In this document: positions 47,531 to 59,662 of the stretch, piece after piece
How the letters are laid out: the number at the start of each line of letters is the position of its first letter
Position numbering within the stretch: position 1 is the first letter of the stretch
From: Anolis carolinensis
Lineage: Eukaryota
DNA: 64,000 bases
Direction: 5' to 3'
NCBI RefSeq assembly: GCF_035594765.1
Contig: NC_085845.1
Span: forward strand, 64,784,024-64,848,023
The notes under the pieces: model-generated
Told to the model about the DNA's origin: nothing
The model's database searches: none
Seen by the model: the letters and a program-made list of their open reading frames with translations, nothing else
Program-made: the position numbers and the translations under genes

Positions 47531-48597
47531 CTGTGCTATGACAATAAATATTTGTATATTTCATTGAGTGAGTAACTCATTTATTCATTCATATAATTAT
47601 ATTGATTTAGAATAGTTGAAGAACATTTTAGGGTGTGTAATGCATGACACCATGTGATGCGCTCATGTAATACTCAGCCAATGAATACTGCATTATGTTC
47701 TCCAATTAATAAAATACACTCTTCAAAGGTTTTTTTGTTGTTGTTTTATCAATTTCCTTTCTTAGCTACAATTTGGAAGAACCTTTTGGGATTATAAGCA
47801 CTTCTTGGGCTTATATTAAAAATTAATAACATTTTCCTAGCTCTCTCTTTAACTGTTTAAAGAAATTGAAGGGATTTGAGTTTTCATGAGATATGTTTTC
47901 ATATAAATAATTTGAATCTGGTAAATTTGACAAGAATTTGTTAAATTCAAATATTGTATTGTTCTGCTTTGACCGCATTGTCTGCATTTCCCTCTCTTAA
48001 AATAATTCTCTTTCTTTCTTCTAAGGAGCAGCACATATAATCATGCACCCTGAAGAATGCTTTCATTGAAAAAGCTAGGCTTATGGTTATTAGAAATCTG
48101 ACAGCAACCCTATCCCAATGATGTACACAAGCAGTCTTAGTTACTATATCATGGCCATAACATCAACAGTAAAGGCCATTCTTAGATGTGTCAATTTTCA
48201 CATAATTAACAGTTCTATAAATTTTAAAATATAAAAAGAAGGCACATCATATATTGGGAAATTGTTGTGGTATGTTCCCTCCTTTGCCCATGCTTTTTAT
48301 TTGCTTTGAAAGGAAAGCTTCAGTTATCATAAATTTGATCAAATAGCAAGTGGTTTTTTTTTTTTGGTTTTTTTTTTTTTGGGGGGGGGGGGGGGGAGAG
48401 ATGAAGTTCCAGATCCAAATTGCAGTGAGGAGGCAAATTCGATCTAAATGCAAAGTGTAGGGGCTACACATTATCTACTTTTTAATAAAGCAATCACATG
48501 CATAATTGCTAGTTGTGTCACTTTTAGTTTGACAGTAAATCAACTCTAATAAATGCACTAAGATTTAAGGAATCATAAAACATTTATTGTGAGTTTA

Positions 48598-48736
48598 GGG
48601 CCCCTTCCACACAGCTGTATAAAACCCCATTGAACTGGATAATATGGCAGTGTGGACTCAGATAATCCAGTTCAAATCAGATATTGTGGATTATCTACCT
48701 CAATATTCTGGATTATATAGCTGTGTGAAAAGGCCC
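48598..48736. mobile_element. Harbinger-type palindromic MITE
   Basis: TIRs GGGCCCCTTCCACACAGCTGTATAA / TTATATAGCTGTGTGAAAAGGCCC. Confidence 0.85.
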
Positions 48737-51700
48737 TAGGAGTGCTTTAGATTTGTCACAGAGTGAACTGATCCCCAAACTGGAATGAGGTGGTGGGAAG
48801 ATACGGGTTTGACAAATAAATCAAAATTACTCTTAGGAATGAGTTCTTTTCATGAAACACAGCTTATTTTAATCAACCAACTGCATTCTAATGGTTTCTA
48901 AGGCTCAGCTTCTTTATCATCTTCTTGCTTATTTCTGGAATTAACTACAGTTTTTTGCAATATTTGCATTCACATACTACTAGTAGTTCCCCCTACTATT
49001 GAAGAACTCTCTCCAATGAAAAAATAATACTGGATGAATACTGGCATTGTAATTTCACAGATTGTAGTTAGGGCCTTGTGGTTTTATACTTTGAAACTCT
49101 TGCACAAAATATTCAGTAGAACAATTCCTTCAGATATCTTTGTAATGTCGAATAGAAGCTTTCTATTTTAATTACAGTCCATAAAAATAAAGGATGTCTA
49201 TCATGTTCAAACTGCTGATCTGACAATGCATTTGTACTCAAATATCTAAAAAAGAAAATTAGGGACAAGTGCTTAGGAGTTTCAGAATTTTATACGGCAG
49301 TTTCATTTGAGACCTTTCACTAAAAATCAAAAACTGCAAATGGAAATATCATCCGTAAGTACTTGAATGCAAGATTATTGTAGGACCTGTCAAAATAAAT
49401 AGGAAAATATTTTTCACTGTGTAATTATATGTCAAGATTTGGTAGCTAATGGACTTTTTGTAGTCACATCAAGGTCAGAAGAGCAATTACTGTTTATGAA
49501 TTATCTGAAATCTTTTATAGCCTTTTCCAACAAGTTTTATAGCGTCTGTTTATATTAGACATCTTTGCTATTTCGTGTATTTCTTTCCCATTGTTTTCTG
49601 GTAAAAGCATTGTAGAGCATTTTGTCAATGTTGTAGTTGTTTGCAAAACCTTCCTTTATTTCGCCAAAGAGCTTGCAATTAGCCCACTTCTTCCTATTGA
49701 GACCCATCTTTGTAATAATAGCTTTGCTGGCAGATCTTTTGTCAGGCAGATTTTAAAATCAAGAGCCTACAAAGGAGAGGAGGAGGGGACCCATTCTGAG
49801 AAAAGTTCAATAAATCCCCCTTCAAGGTCATATCAGTTACGATTACATAGATTTTCCCCTTCAATGAGCACTACAGTTTGGGTCTTTTTCTGGGTGCTAA
49901 TTTGGAACAATTAAAATAGTTGAATAAACTTTCAGAAGAAGGTGATTGCTAAGCCCAGAGAAGAGCCTAAAATCTTGTTTTCCATGTTTAATAGGGTTAC
50001 CTTCCATCTTTCTTTCTCCCCAGCCTTTCCCCTGCCGCTTGCTGTATCACTTCCTTTGATGCAGAGCAAAGTGTATACTTTGACAGGCCCTGGTTGTGGG
50101 AAGTATAAAACTGTAGCAAGGCTCCATATAGTATAATCCACCCAGTCGCTGTTGGTCACTGATCCAGCTGCATGCATCAGCTTAGTAGTCAAAGGGCATG
50201 GTAATTCCCTCCTTCTGCCTTTTCTTTCTTTGGAGGCAAAATCTTCACCTGGTGTTTTTGATTCATGGATTCTAATTATGATGGCTGCCATCATCAGCCC
50301 TGTGGGTGACAGTGGAAATTCTGTGAGCCAAGAGCTAATGCCGCAGCTTGTTAAGCAACCATGTCAGACTGATTTTAGGGCCCATTTTGCAGTTCACCAC
50401 AGGCCTATCTAAAAGCATCAGGAGCCTCCGTCTAGTGGGACAGACTCATTGTCTTTCTAAATGTCTCCTTCTGATAAGCAGATCCAAATATGGTTCATTC
50501 ACTGTGGATTTGAAGGCACAGTGGGGAACTTGGCTCACAGAGTTGATACAACAAAATGCTTAATATTTTCACTTGGTTGAGAGATAAAGAACCTATTTCT
50601 AATATTTAAAAAAAAAGAAAAAAGAAAAATACTTCTCCCACTATGATCAAGAGTTTTAAAATTTAAATCAGAAGTCTTGAAAAGCTATTCCGACATTCAA
50701 AGGAATCTCTCTCCGAACAAAGAATACGCCGAGGTTACGCTAATGTTTGCATCAGGCAGAATGCACATAATGACAAGAAATGTGGTTGCTCATCATTGAC
50801 TCTTGAGATTTCTTTAATATTTTTTTCATGATCTTGACAAGCAAGTATGAAGCTTGCTACTTGAATAATTGCAGCCAAGCCCAGCAATTGTTGCTTTTGG
50901 TTTTGTTCAAGAACCATTAGCTATTAATTCTTGATACTTCTCTCTCTCTTTTATTTATCTCTCTTTTCCTCCATCTCTCCCTCCCTCTCTTTTAAACAGT
51001 TCAGCTAAAGAGAATCTTAATGACAAAAGGAATATGGGCTATAACCCAAGGTAGACTTAAGGGTAAGGGAATATAAAGATGCATGGGTTTGCGTTTTTCA
51101 CTCTTCCTAACTTTTTTTACTCATGTTTTTTCCAGCTTCTGTTGTTAGAAATATTATTTGTCAGATGTGGTATAATTATGGTGCATCGTGTCTGATTCAG
51201 ACTGAATAGCTATGGTTCTCCACAGAGTTGCGTATACATCCCATTGGAAAGCAGCCAATGAAAGTTATAGTATCATTATCTTTCTGCTTGGTCCTTATGA
51301 CCATTTCAACCCTGCGGCTGCCATAGTTTTCAGTCAGTCTGTGATAAATTCCAGCTGCGTTGCCATAGGCTGAACTGGTTGTATACATGCCAACACCATA
51401 TGCTATTCTGGAATGCTGGCAGTTACAAATGCATGGCAAAACCCTATCTATGTGAAGTTTAATCAGAATATGCATGACAGTCTTAGAACATGGCACCTTG
51501 GCTAGAATTCAGTGTACACTCACCAATAGTCACAGCTGCCACATGCTGAAATGTGTTATGAGAATTGGTTTCTATTCATGTTTTGTATCAATACAGCCAA
51601 AAAATGGGGGATAACATAATCCAGCAATTAGATTTGTGAATAGTTAATGTTAAACCTTTATTTTGAAAGAAACGAGGAAAGCAACCTTATGATTGCCTCA

Positions 51701-51869
51701 CAGGAGAGATACCAGGAACCCAAATGTAAGTCATTGCTATAATGCACAGTTTTGTGTTGTGTTCACATCATTGGTGCGATTAACAATCATGCTATACAAT
51801 TGCTTGAGGAAAAACAATTACAACTGTTCTTCCTGCGTTGCAAACCCACACGAAGACATTTGGCTGACA

Positions 51870-52678
51870 TATTAGAGAGATGGGATGAAACTAACAAAAT
51901 GAAGTTCAACAGGGACAAATGCAAGATACTCCACTTAGGCAGAAAAAAATGAAATGCAAATATACAGAATGAGGGACGCCTGGCTCGACAGCAGTATGTG
52001 TGAAAAAGATCTTAGAGTCCTCATGGACAACAAGTTAAACACGAGCCTACAATGTGATGCAGCAGCAGCAAAAAAAAAAAAAAAAGCCAATGGAATTTTG
52101 GCCTGCATAAATAGGAGTATAGTGTCTGGATCCAAGGAAGTCGTGCTACCCCTCTATTCTTCCTTGGTCAGACCACACCTGGAATACTGTGTCCAATTCT
52201 GGGCACTGCAATTGGAGATGTTGACAAGCTGGAAAATGTCCAGAGGAAAACGACTAAAATGATTAAGGATCTGGAGAACAAGCCTTATGAGGAGCGGCTT
52301 AAAGAGCTGGGCATGTTTTGCCTCCAGAAGAGAAGACTGAGAGGAGACATGATAGCCATGTATAAATATGTGAGGCAAAGTCATAGGGAGGAGAGAGAAA
52401 GCTTGTTTTCTGCTGCCCTGGAGACCGGGACATGGAAGAATGGCTTTAAACTACAGGAAAGGAGATTCCACCTGAACATTAGGAAGAACTTCCTCACTGT
52501 GAGGACTGTTCGGCAGTGGAACTCTCTCCCCTGGACTGTGGGGGAGGCTCCTTCCTTAGAGGCTTTTAAGCAGAGGCTGGATGGGGGTGCTTTGAATGCG
52601 ATTTTCCTGCTTCTTGGCAGGGGGTTGGACTGGATGGCCCATGAGGTTTCTTCCAACTCTGTGATTCTATGATTCTAT
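51870..52678 (+). mobile_element. CR1 LINE 3' fragment (pseudo-ORF2)
   Basis: [59 protein letters not shown]. (ATTCTRTG)n tail. Confidence 0.96.
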
Positions 52679-53177
52679 TATTCCATGTCAGACAGTTGAA
52701 TTTTCCTTCCTCCCTGCTGATGGAATAGCATCCTCTACCACAGTTGATACTAACAGGCATGGGCCAGGAGACATAGTGCACAATGCATTTCTGTCCCAAA
52801 TCTCACCAATTCTCCTAGACTTCCAGCATTTCTGCCAGGCAGACAATCTCACTGCCAATGCTTGGATATTTTGCCTCTCATTTTTAAATTAGACCTCCTA
52901 CATATACTGGCAGGGACTTTGGTAACTGAAGGCTAAGATCCATTGATTCCTGTCCAATTCACTGTAGTATAAATGGTTCCACCATTTTAAAGCTTGCACA
53001 AAGAGCCATCTTATACATCCTCTCACAAGCAGCCTTCATTCCCTATCCTTGGCTTTCATGCAGGTCCATGCCAGCAATGAACAGGGATGACCACTGATTG
53101 TGCCCCAAAGTAGTATATAAGAAGCTTCCAGCCATAATTGAGAACAGTGCTACAATTCACCATTCTTCTTGCTAAGT

Positions 53178-53312
53178 CAGTGGTTCTCAACCTGGAGTCC
53201 CAAGATGTTTTTGGCTTACAACTTCCAAAAATCCCAGTCAGTTTGCCAGCTGTTAGGGTTTCTGGGAGTTGAAGGCCAAAAACATATGGGTACTCCAGAT
53301 TGACAACCACAG
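53178..53312. mobile_element. hAT (Charlie-type) palindromic MITE
   Basis: TIRs CAGTGGTTCTCAACCT / AGATTGACAACCACAG. TSD TGCTAAGT/TACTAAGT. Confidence 0.88.
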
Positions 53313-53904
53313 TACTAAGTCCTTCCTCCTCAGATCTGATATCCATCATTAGAGAAGGAAGGGCTGAATTGCAGCCATGGTTCTAAATCATTGAAGAACA
53401 CATGTAGAGCAGATTCTCTCTTCAGACTTTTCCCCCTCTAAACATTTAAGGCGACAGGGATGTCAATGTGGGGCCAGAGAGCACAACCTCACTCTGCCAC
53501 CATGCAGGTGAGATTTCCTGTTAGAATAACAGAAGACTCCAGTGTTACTGCACTGTACCAAAAGGATGGAAGATTATTTTATCACAAAGAACTAGAAGTA
53601 TACTTATAGTTAATTAGGACACTTTTTATATTTTTGTCTCTATTTTCCTCTCTCTGTGGCTATGACAGTGCTCAGTGGTGTACTAATTGTTAGCATGTGG
53701 TTATTAAGCAAGTTAATTATCCACATTCCAATTAGGAAGAAGCTGAAAGTAGTGTAGCTTGTTTAGCGTTTCATATTTATGTATATCTTTATTATGGTCA
53801 TAGACTGGCCTTTATATTTTCAAAATAAACTAGTATAAAATGAAAGGCACAAATTGCAATGCCAGGGGAATTCACAGATATTTGCATATTATAACAGATA
53901 CATA

Positions 53905-54237
53905 GGAGCCCCCAGTGGCACAGCGAGTTAACCCACTGAGTTGATGAACTTGCTGACCAAAAGGTTGCTGGTTCAAATCCGGGGAGCGGGGTGAGCTCCT
54001 GCTGTTAGCCCCAGCTTCTGCCAACCTAGCAGTTCAAAAGCATGCAAATGTAAGTAAATCAATAGGTACTGCTCTGGCGGGAAGGTAACAGTGCTCTATG
54101 CAGTCATGCTGGTCACATGACCTTGAAGGCGTCTACGGACAATGCCGGCTCTTCGGCTTAGAAATGGAGATGAGTATCGCCTCCCAGAGTTGGACACAAC
54201 TAGACTTAATGTCAAGAGGACACCTTTACCCCTTTAC
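53905..54237 (+). mobile_element. Sauria SINE whose tail is interrupted by a solo LTR
   Basis: Head GGAGCCCCCAGTGGCACAGCGAGTTAA, B-box GGTTCAAATCC, BovB-like 3' end and ACCTTTAC tail resuming at 55337. Confidence 0.92.
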
Positions 54238-55336
54238 TGTCAAGAGTCAGACGCCAGTTAACATACAAAACAAAGTTTATTCCAAAGATAAGTCAAAAAA
54301 TAACATAAACACAGGAAATATCCTTGAAACACTTCACTTTTCAGTGTTTCGAGAGTAGATTGGACAATACTAACTCAAAAACGAGCCACGCTAATTTCCC
54401 AGGCTGGCATTCAATAAAAAACTAAATAACGCTTCAATTCAGCTTTGGAAAACAAATAGAGTTAATTGCTGGAAAATAAACAAACTAGAAAAGCAGTAAA
54501 GCTGCTCCCACGGTGCAGATAAGCCAAGAGCCTCAAAGGGATGATGAATAGCCGTCGTCAGAAGAATCCAAGGTCAGGTCAGGAGGCAGCAGAAATTCCG
54601 AAAGACAAACCAATAGTCAGAAGCCGGGAGTAGCCGTCAGTCAGAGGGCGTAGACAGAAGCCAGGTCAAATTCAATCCAAAGTCCGAAGAGGGTGCAGTC
54701 ATCCAAAACAGGTCCACGATAAGACACAGCGAGAGCCAAGCCAGATGATATCAGCAGATCCGAATCACAGTCCAAGTCCAGAAACACAGAGATCCCAATG
54801 GCGCCTCAGCAACACCTTGCCACACGCAAAGTGCAGTGGCCAAACATTCCCATTTTATTCCCCTTCCTCCTGGGGGTGACCAAACACTCACACCCAAACA
54901 CCAGGTGTCCCAAATCTACTCAGAGTCTGAACTCCACACAGCTAGAGCTCGTGGATCTGGAGTACCTAGCAATTCGTCGGAGTCCCAATCATCCTGCCCA
55001 CACTTAGCCCCATGAACACTTAAAGAACCATCCTCCCTTCTCCAAGCATCCCAATTGGGATCAGCTCCTGCAGAAACCCCAGGTTCAGAAGTATCCATAA
55101 GCCCCAAATCCCCAGACATGTCCGGTGGCTGTGCCCATTCAGTGCCCGCTTCCCCAGCCACCACCTGTTCCTCAGCATCCATCTCCCCATCTGAATCTTC
55201 CTCAGAAGATTCCCCATATAGCTCTCTAAGTCGCTTCCTGCGCAACTCCTCCAGTGAACCCTCATCACGAGGGTTTTTTCTTCCTCTCCGAATTCCATCA
55301 CCATCAACCATAATCCCCGAAGGCGCAGTCACAACA
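54238..55336 (-). mobile_element. solo LTR (1099 bp), probably Gypsy-type
   Basis: TG...CA termini (TGTCAAG / CACAACA). Perfect 5-bp TSD TTTAC at 54233-54237 and 55337-55341. Minus-strand AATAAA at 54276-54281. Confidence 0.88.
54916..55311 (-). CDS. putative LTR-encoded 131-aa basic/acidic low-complexity protein
   Basis: Uninterrupted ATG-to-stop ORF MVDGDGIRRGRKNPRDEGSLEELRRKRLRELYGESSEEDSDGEMD...WSSDSE. Function unknown. Confidence 0.35.
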   Translation of the reverse strand: MVDGDGIRRGRKNPRDEGSLEELRRKRLRELYGESSEEDSDGEMDAEEQVVAGEAGTEWAQPPDMSGDLGLMDTSEPGVSAGADPNWDAWRREDGSLSVHGAKCGQDDWDSDELLGTPDPRALAVWSSDSE

Positions 55337-56537
55337 TTTACCTTACTTATTACCTCCCATATGTCTAATCTAGACTAACACATATACACAGTTGTTGTTG
55401 ATACACATATATATGTGCAGGATTCACACATATACATGGCCCTATATAGCTGTATATCTCCTCTATCTGTATTTATAGATATACACATAAAGTGTAAAAT
55501 CATGCTCTAGACTTGATTCAGAAAATAATTCTTGACATTTTAGCCTCTTTGACATGTTGCTTGTTATTATGTACCACATGAAAGTTCTTTCATATATAGA
55601 AAAAGTGGATGGCATGTCAGACAGAAAGAGACAGATGGTACACACTTCCTTTCCTTTTCGCAGTATACCAGATGGAGAGGGATATTATCCCGCTCAGCCC
55701 TTATTGTCTCTCACCCCGACCCATTTACTCCCTGTTCTGTGAATACTGTTAGAAGTGAAGTCTTGGAAGCTGCTCTGATTTGGGACTGATGTTGCATCTT
55801 AATGCTAATTGTCAATAATGAAACAAGACATCCATTTTTCAGCAGCTTAGGAGACAAATGATCTTGCACAAGAGATATATAGTGTATGTTCTTGCTAGAG
55901 ATGAACATTGGCCAGTTTTCTTCTCCTCATTTGTGACTGAGGGAATTGAAACCAAGTAGACAGGTGTTACTGTGTACTGGCCATAGCTCATAGTAATAAG
56001 AAAATGTACATCTCAAGAGCAAGATGTCTTTAACCTCAATAGTACAAATCACTGCTTGTGCACTGTAGCTGGAACTGAACCACTGGGTACAGAAAGGTCA
56101 GATGTTTAAATTCTAGAAGAATACATGCTTTGCCTTTGACAACTTACTACTAGTCTTACAGGGATTTTGCTATCTATATTTCTATAACAGGGCAGTGCAC
56201 ATCGCTGTCATCAAGGCATATTTCTTTAAACATCTAAGCAGGATATGTAATAGCTCTGACTCATTTGTGGCTGAAAGGAGAATGAAATTCAAACATTGTT
56301 CCTCCTCAATTGATGATTCATTATTTAGCTGTGCACTTTCATGCTTCATTCAACTACCTATTACTCAATCAAACTATTTCCCCTTGGTTATGTATGTAGA
56401 TTATATCTATTTTTTAAAAGAAATCTGCCTTCATTCACCCTTAAATAATCGCAACTATATATGAATGTGTGCAAGAAAACATATTTCAGTTTAAAGTATA
56501 AAACTAAGTATATTAAATTCTTTCATATGGTTTAAAT

Positions 56538-56672
56538 TAGTGGTTCCCAACCTTTGGGCCTCGAGGTGTTTTGGACATCAGGTCCCACAGTTCCTAACAG
56601 CTGGTAAGCTGGCTGGGATTTCTGGGAGCTGAAGTTCAAAACACCTGGAGGCTCAAAGGTTAGAAACCACTG
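56538..56672. mobile_element. hAT (Charlie-type) palindromic MITE
   Basis: TIRs TAGTGGTTCCCAACCT / AGGTTAGAAACCACTG. Perfect TSD GTTTAAAT at 56530-56537 and 56673-56680. Confidence 0.92.
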
Positions 56673-57108
56673 GTTTAAATGCTGTACTGTCTTGAGCAAG
56701 AAATGTTACCCCCAGCTACTCTCAGATTTCTATATCATTCTTCAAATGATGTTCAAGTTACAGTCCTCCACAAAGGGCCATGATAGCTAGCTTCTGGGAT
56801 GATACCTAATAGGATAAACTACACCAAGCTATACTGTAAACAAGGGCTACAAATATGCCAAATATTGGAGCAACGTGTTTATCTGATCTATTGGTCGTCA
56901 TCTGAGTGTAGACTGGCATTTTCATATCCTGCCTTTCCTAATATTGGGAATCTAAATGGTTTGGTTTTTTAAAACAACTCCCACTAAAACACACAAAGTC
57001 ATAGCTTAAAAATACAAAAAAAAAATGTAATTAATTACCCATAGAATTAAAACCAATTAAAACAAGTTGTGGCCTTTTGTTGTTCCAACACCATGTGTTT
57101 GTGTTTCT

Positions 57109-57935
57109 CAGCCAATACTCCAGAAAACAGGAGCAGAATTCAAAACGATCTTAACAGATTAGAGAAATGGGCCAAAACTAACAAAATGAAGTTCAACAGG
57201 GACAAATGCAAGCTACTTAAGCAGAAAAAATGAAATGCAAAGATACAGAATGGGGGCATCCGGCTCAACAGTAGTATGTGTGAAAAAGATCTTGGAGTCC
57301 TCGTGGACAACAAGTTAAACGTGAGCCAACAATGTGATGCGTCAGCAGAAAAAGCCAATGGGATTTTGGCCTGCATCAATAGTAGTACAGTATAGTGTCT
57401 AGATCCAGGGAAGTCATGCTACCCCTCAATTCCACCTTGGTCAGACCACACCTGGAATACTGTGTCCAATTAGGGAGATGTTAACAAGCTGGAAAGTGTC
57501 CAGAGAAGGGCAACTAATGATCAAGGGTCTGGAGAACAAGCCCTATGAGGAGCAGCTTAAAGAGCTGGGCATGTTTAGCTTGCAGAAGAGAAGACTGAGA
57601 AGAGAAATGATAACCATGTATAAATATGTGAGGGGAAGTTATAGGGAGGAGGGAGCAGGTTTGTTTTCTGCTGCCCTGGAGACTAGGACATGGAACAACG
57701 GCTTCAAATTACAGGAAAGGAGATTCCACCTGAACATTAGGAAGAACTTCCTCACTGTGAGAGCTGTCCAGCAGTGGAACTCTCTGCCCCAGACTGTGGT
57801 GGAGGCTCATTCTTTGGAGGCTTTTAAACAGAGGCTGGATGGCCATCTGTTGAAAATGCGATTTTCCTGCTTCTTGGCAGGGGCTTGAACTGGATGCCCC
57901 ATGAGGTCTCTTCCAACTCTATGATTCTATGATTC
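57109..57935 (+). mobile_element. CR1 LINE 3' fragment (same subfamily as 51870)
   Basis: Same ORF2 C-terminal motifs and (ATTCTATG)n tail. Confidence 0.96.
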
Positions 57936-59556
57936 TTCTGGTGCTGTGGTGGAAGGTGGGTGATTGCCCCTGCCCGCACAAGTGACATTTCAGAAATCCT
58001 TCTTATTACAGACTCATGGGAGCAAGCATAACTATTCCATGTTCAAGAGAGTTACTTCCCCTTGGATTAAAAAGACAGGCACACTAGAAACTATTAAAAG
58101 AAAGAAGCTGACTTTCAGGGACTATTAATAATGGTCAAACCCCTTAGTTGCTATGTAGGCAATTAATGATCTGCAATCAGAGAGAAGGTAGATGATTTCA
58201 GTATCTTGCCCACTGCTAAGGTGATTTAGCAGCTGTCTCTGTTACTCATGTCATTTCCTAATTTTTATATTAACAATAAGGTTATGTTTTAAAGAAGCAT
58301 TAACATTTTCTGTTAAAATTGAATTGATAGAAATGATTTTTTTAAAAGGAAGGCCAAGTTCACAAAGGTTTTCTTGTTTCCAATGAGAAATGGTTAAAGA
58401 TAAAACTGCTCTCATGTGCTTTTGTAAACACATCACTGTTTTTTTATTAGGAGAATAGGAGCACAATTATATAAACTTGAAAGGGGTGGTTATATAATCT
58501 GCAAGGTTGGGTTTGATTACTACAATATACACTAGCCTGCTGCTTCCAAAACAAAAAAATCAGAATAAATGCATGCTGCCATGTTCAGCAGTAAAGTAAT
58601 AAGCACATTGCAGTAAATGTGATTGGCATAAAACAATAAGGGAAATAATGTGAAATTCATTAAGGAAACAGCAATTAACTCTCCAAAGCAAATGGCTTTT
58701 TCAACAAAGGTATCCACAGTTTAAATCTGCTAAAAATGAGTCAGTAGAGATTCTAACAAATTATTCATGTCATAGTTAAATTATGTGCTATATCTGGTGC
58801 TACAGTGGCATATTTAGTTAATCAAACCATGATCATTATTTGACTTTTACAAACTTCCATCAAACCAGCTTGATAATGTTTTCCTATTGTATTAGCTAAG
58901 CTGTGCAAGCAAATGCTAATCCTATACAGTCCAAGAGACTAAAGAATCGCTAAAAAGTTTGCCATTGCAGAATACAATGCAGCTGAAGTACATGAGGTCA
59001 TTAATGTTTAACTAATATCAAACTTAAGGAAGAATTCCAATTGCAAGAGTACACTGATGAAATATAAGAACCCCAGGAAGAACAGGGGTTCCTAAAACAA
59101 TCCCTGTGCGATTTTTAGCAAATGTAATGTGCACTTCCATGGAGTGTTACATCATATGGTTTGCTTTATTAGCTATCATGGTCTCCGTAGCCCTGTAATC
59201 ATCTCACATTTCTATTTATATGTTGGAAAGCTGGTTACATTAATATAAGATAGGTAATGAAATAATATATTTTTTTCAATAGTTGGTTTCTTCCTGTTAT
59301 GCTATTATCAGTCACAATATATTAACTGAGGGTTTGTTTTTATGGTTGCCAACAGAGGTTTTCAGATATATATGTATATAGCGAGGAAATGGTTTTTGTT
59401 GCAGACACACTAGGCACCCAGTCAGTGTTAGGAAGTTTCTTCACAATTTTTAGGAAGACCTTTTAAACTGCTGTGAAAAACCAGAGCCCAATGGGGACTG
59501 GAGGTACATATTTGGGGAGCTGTAGTCCAAAATGAGTAACTTTTCAGAGCCTCTAT

Positions 59557-59662
59557 GAACGCTTCCACACAGCTGTATAAAATCCACATTGAACTGGATT
59601 ATATGGCAGTGTGGATTATCTGCCTTGAAATTCTGGATTATGTGGCTATGTGGAAGGGTCCC
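59557..59662. mobile_element. internally deleted copy of the 48598 Harbinger-type MITE
   Basis: CTTCCACACAGCTGTATAAAATCCAC...GGCTATGTGGAAGGG. Confidence 0.8.

Noticed and set aside
48353-48396. T-run/G-run junctions as functional G4 elements (also near 12.0, 22.2 and 60.8 kb)
   Set aside because: Simple homopolymers, common in such genomes and error-prone in sequencing. No supporting context.
49591-50563. ORFs of 64-120 aa as host exons
   Set aside because: No recognisable domain, they overlap on both strands, and there is no consistent splice framework.
53905-53985. tRNA gene
   Set aside because: The A/B boxes belong to the SINE head. There is no cloverleaf, and the same holds for the SINE heads near 5.4, 23.5, 37.5 and 41.6 kb.
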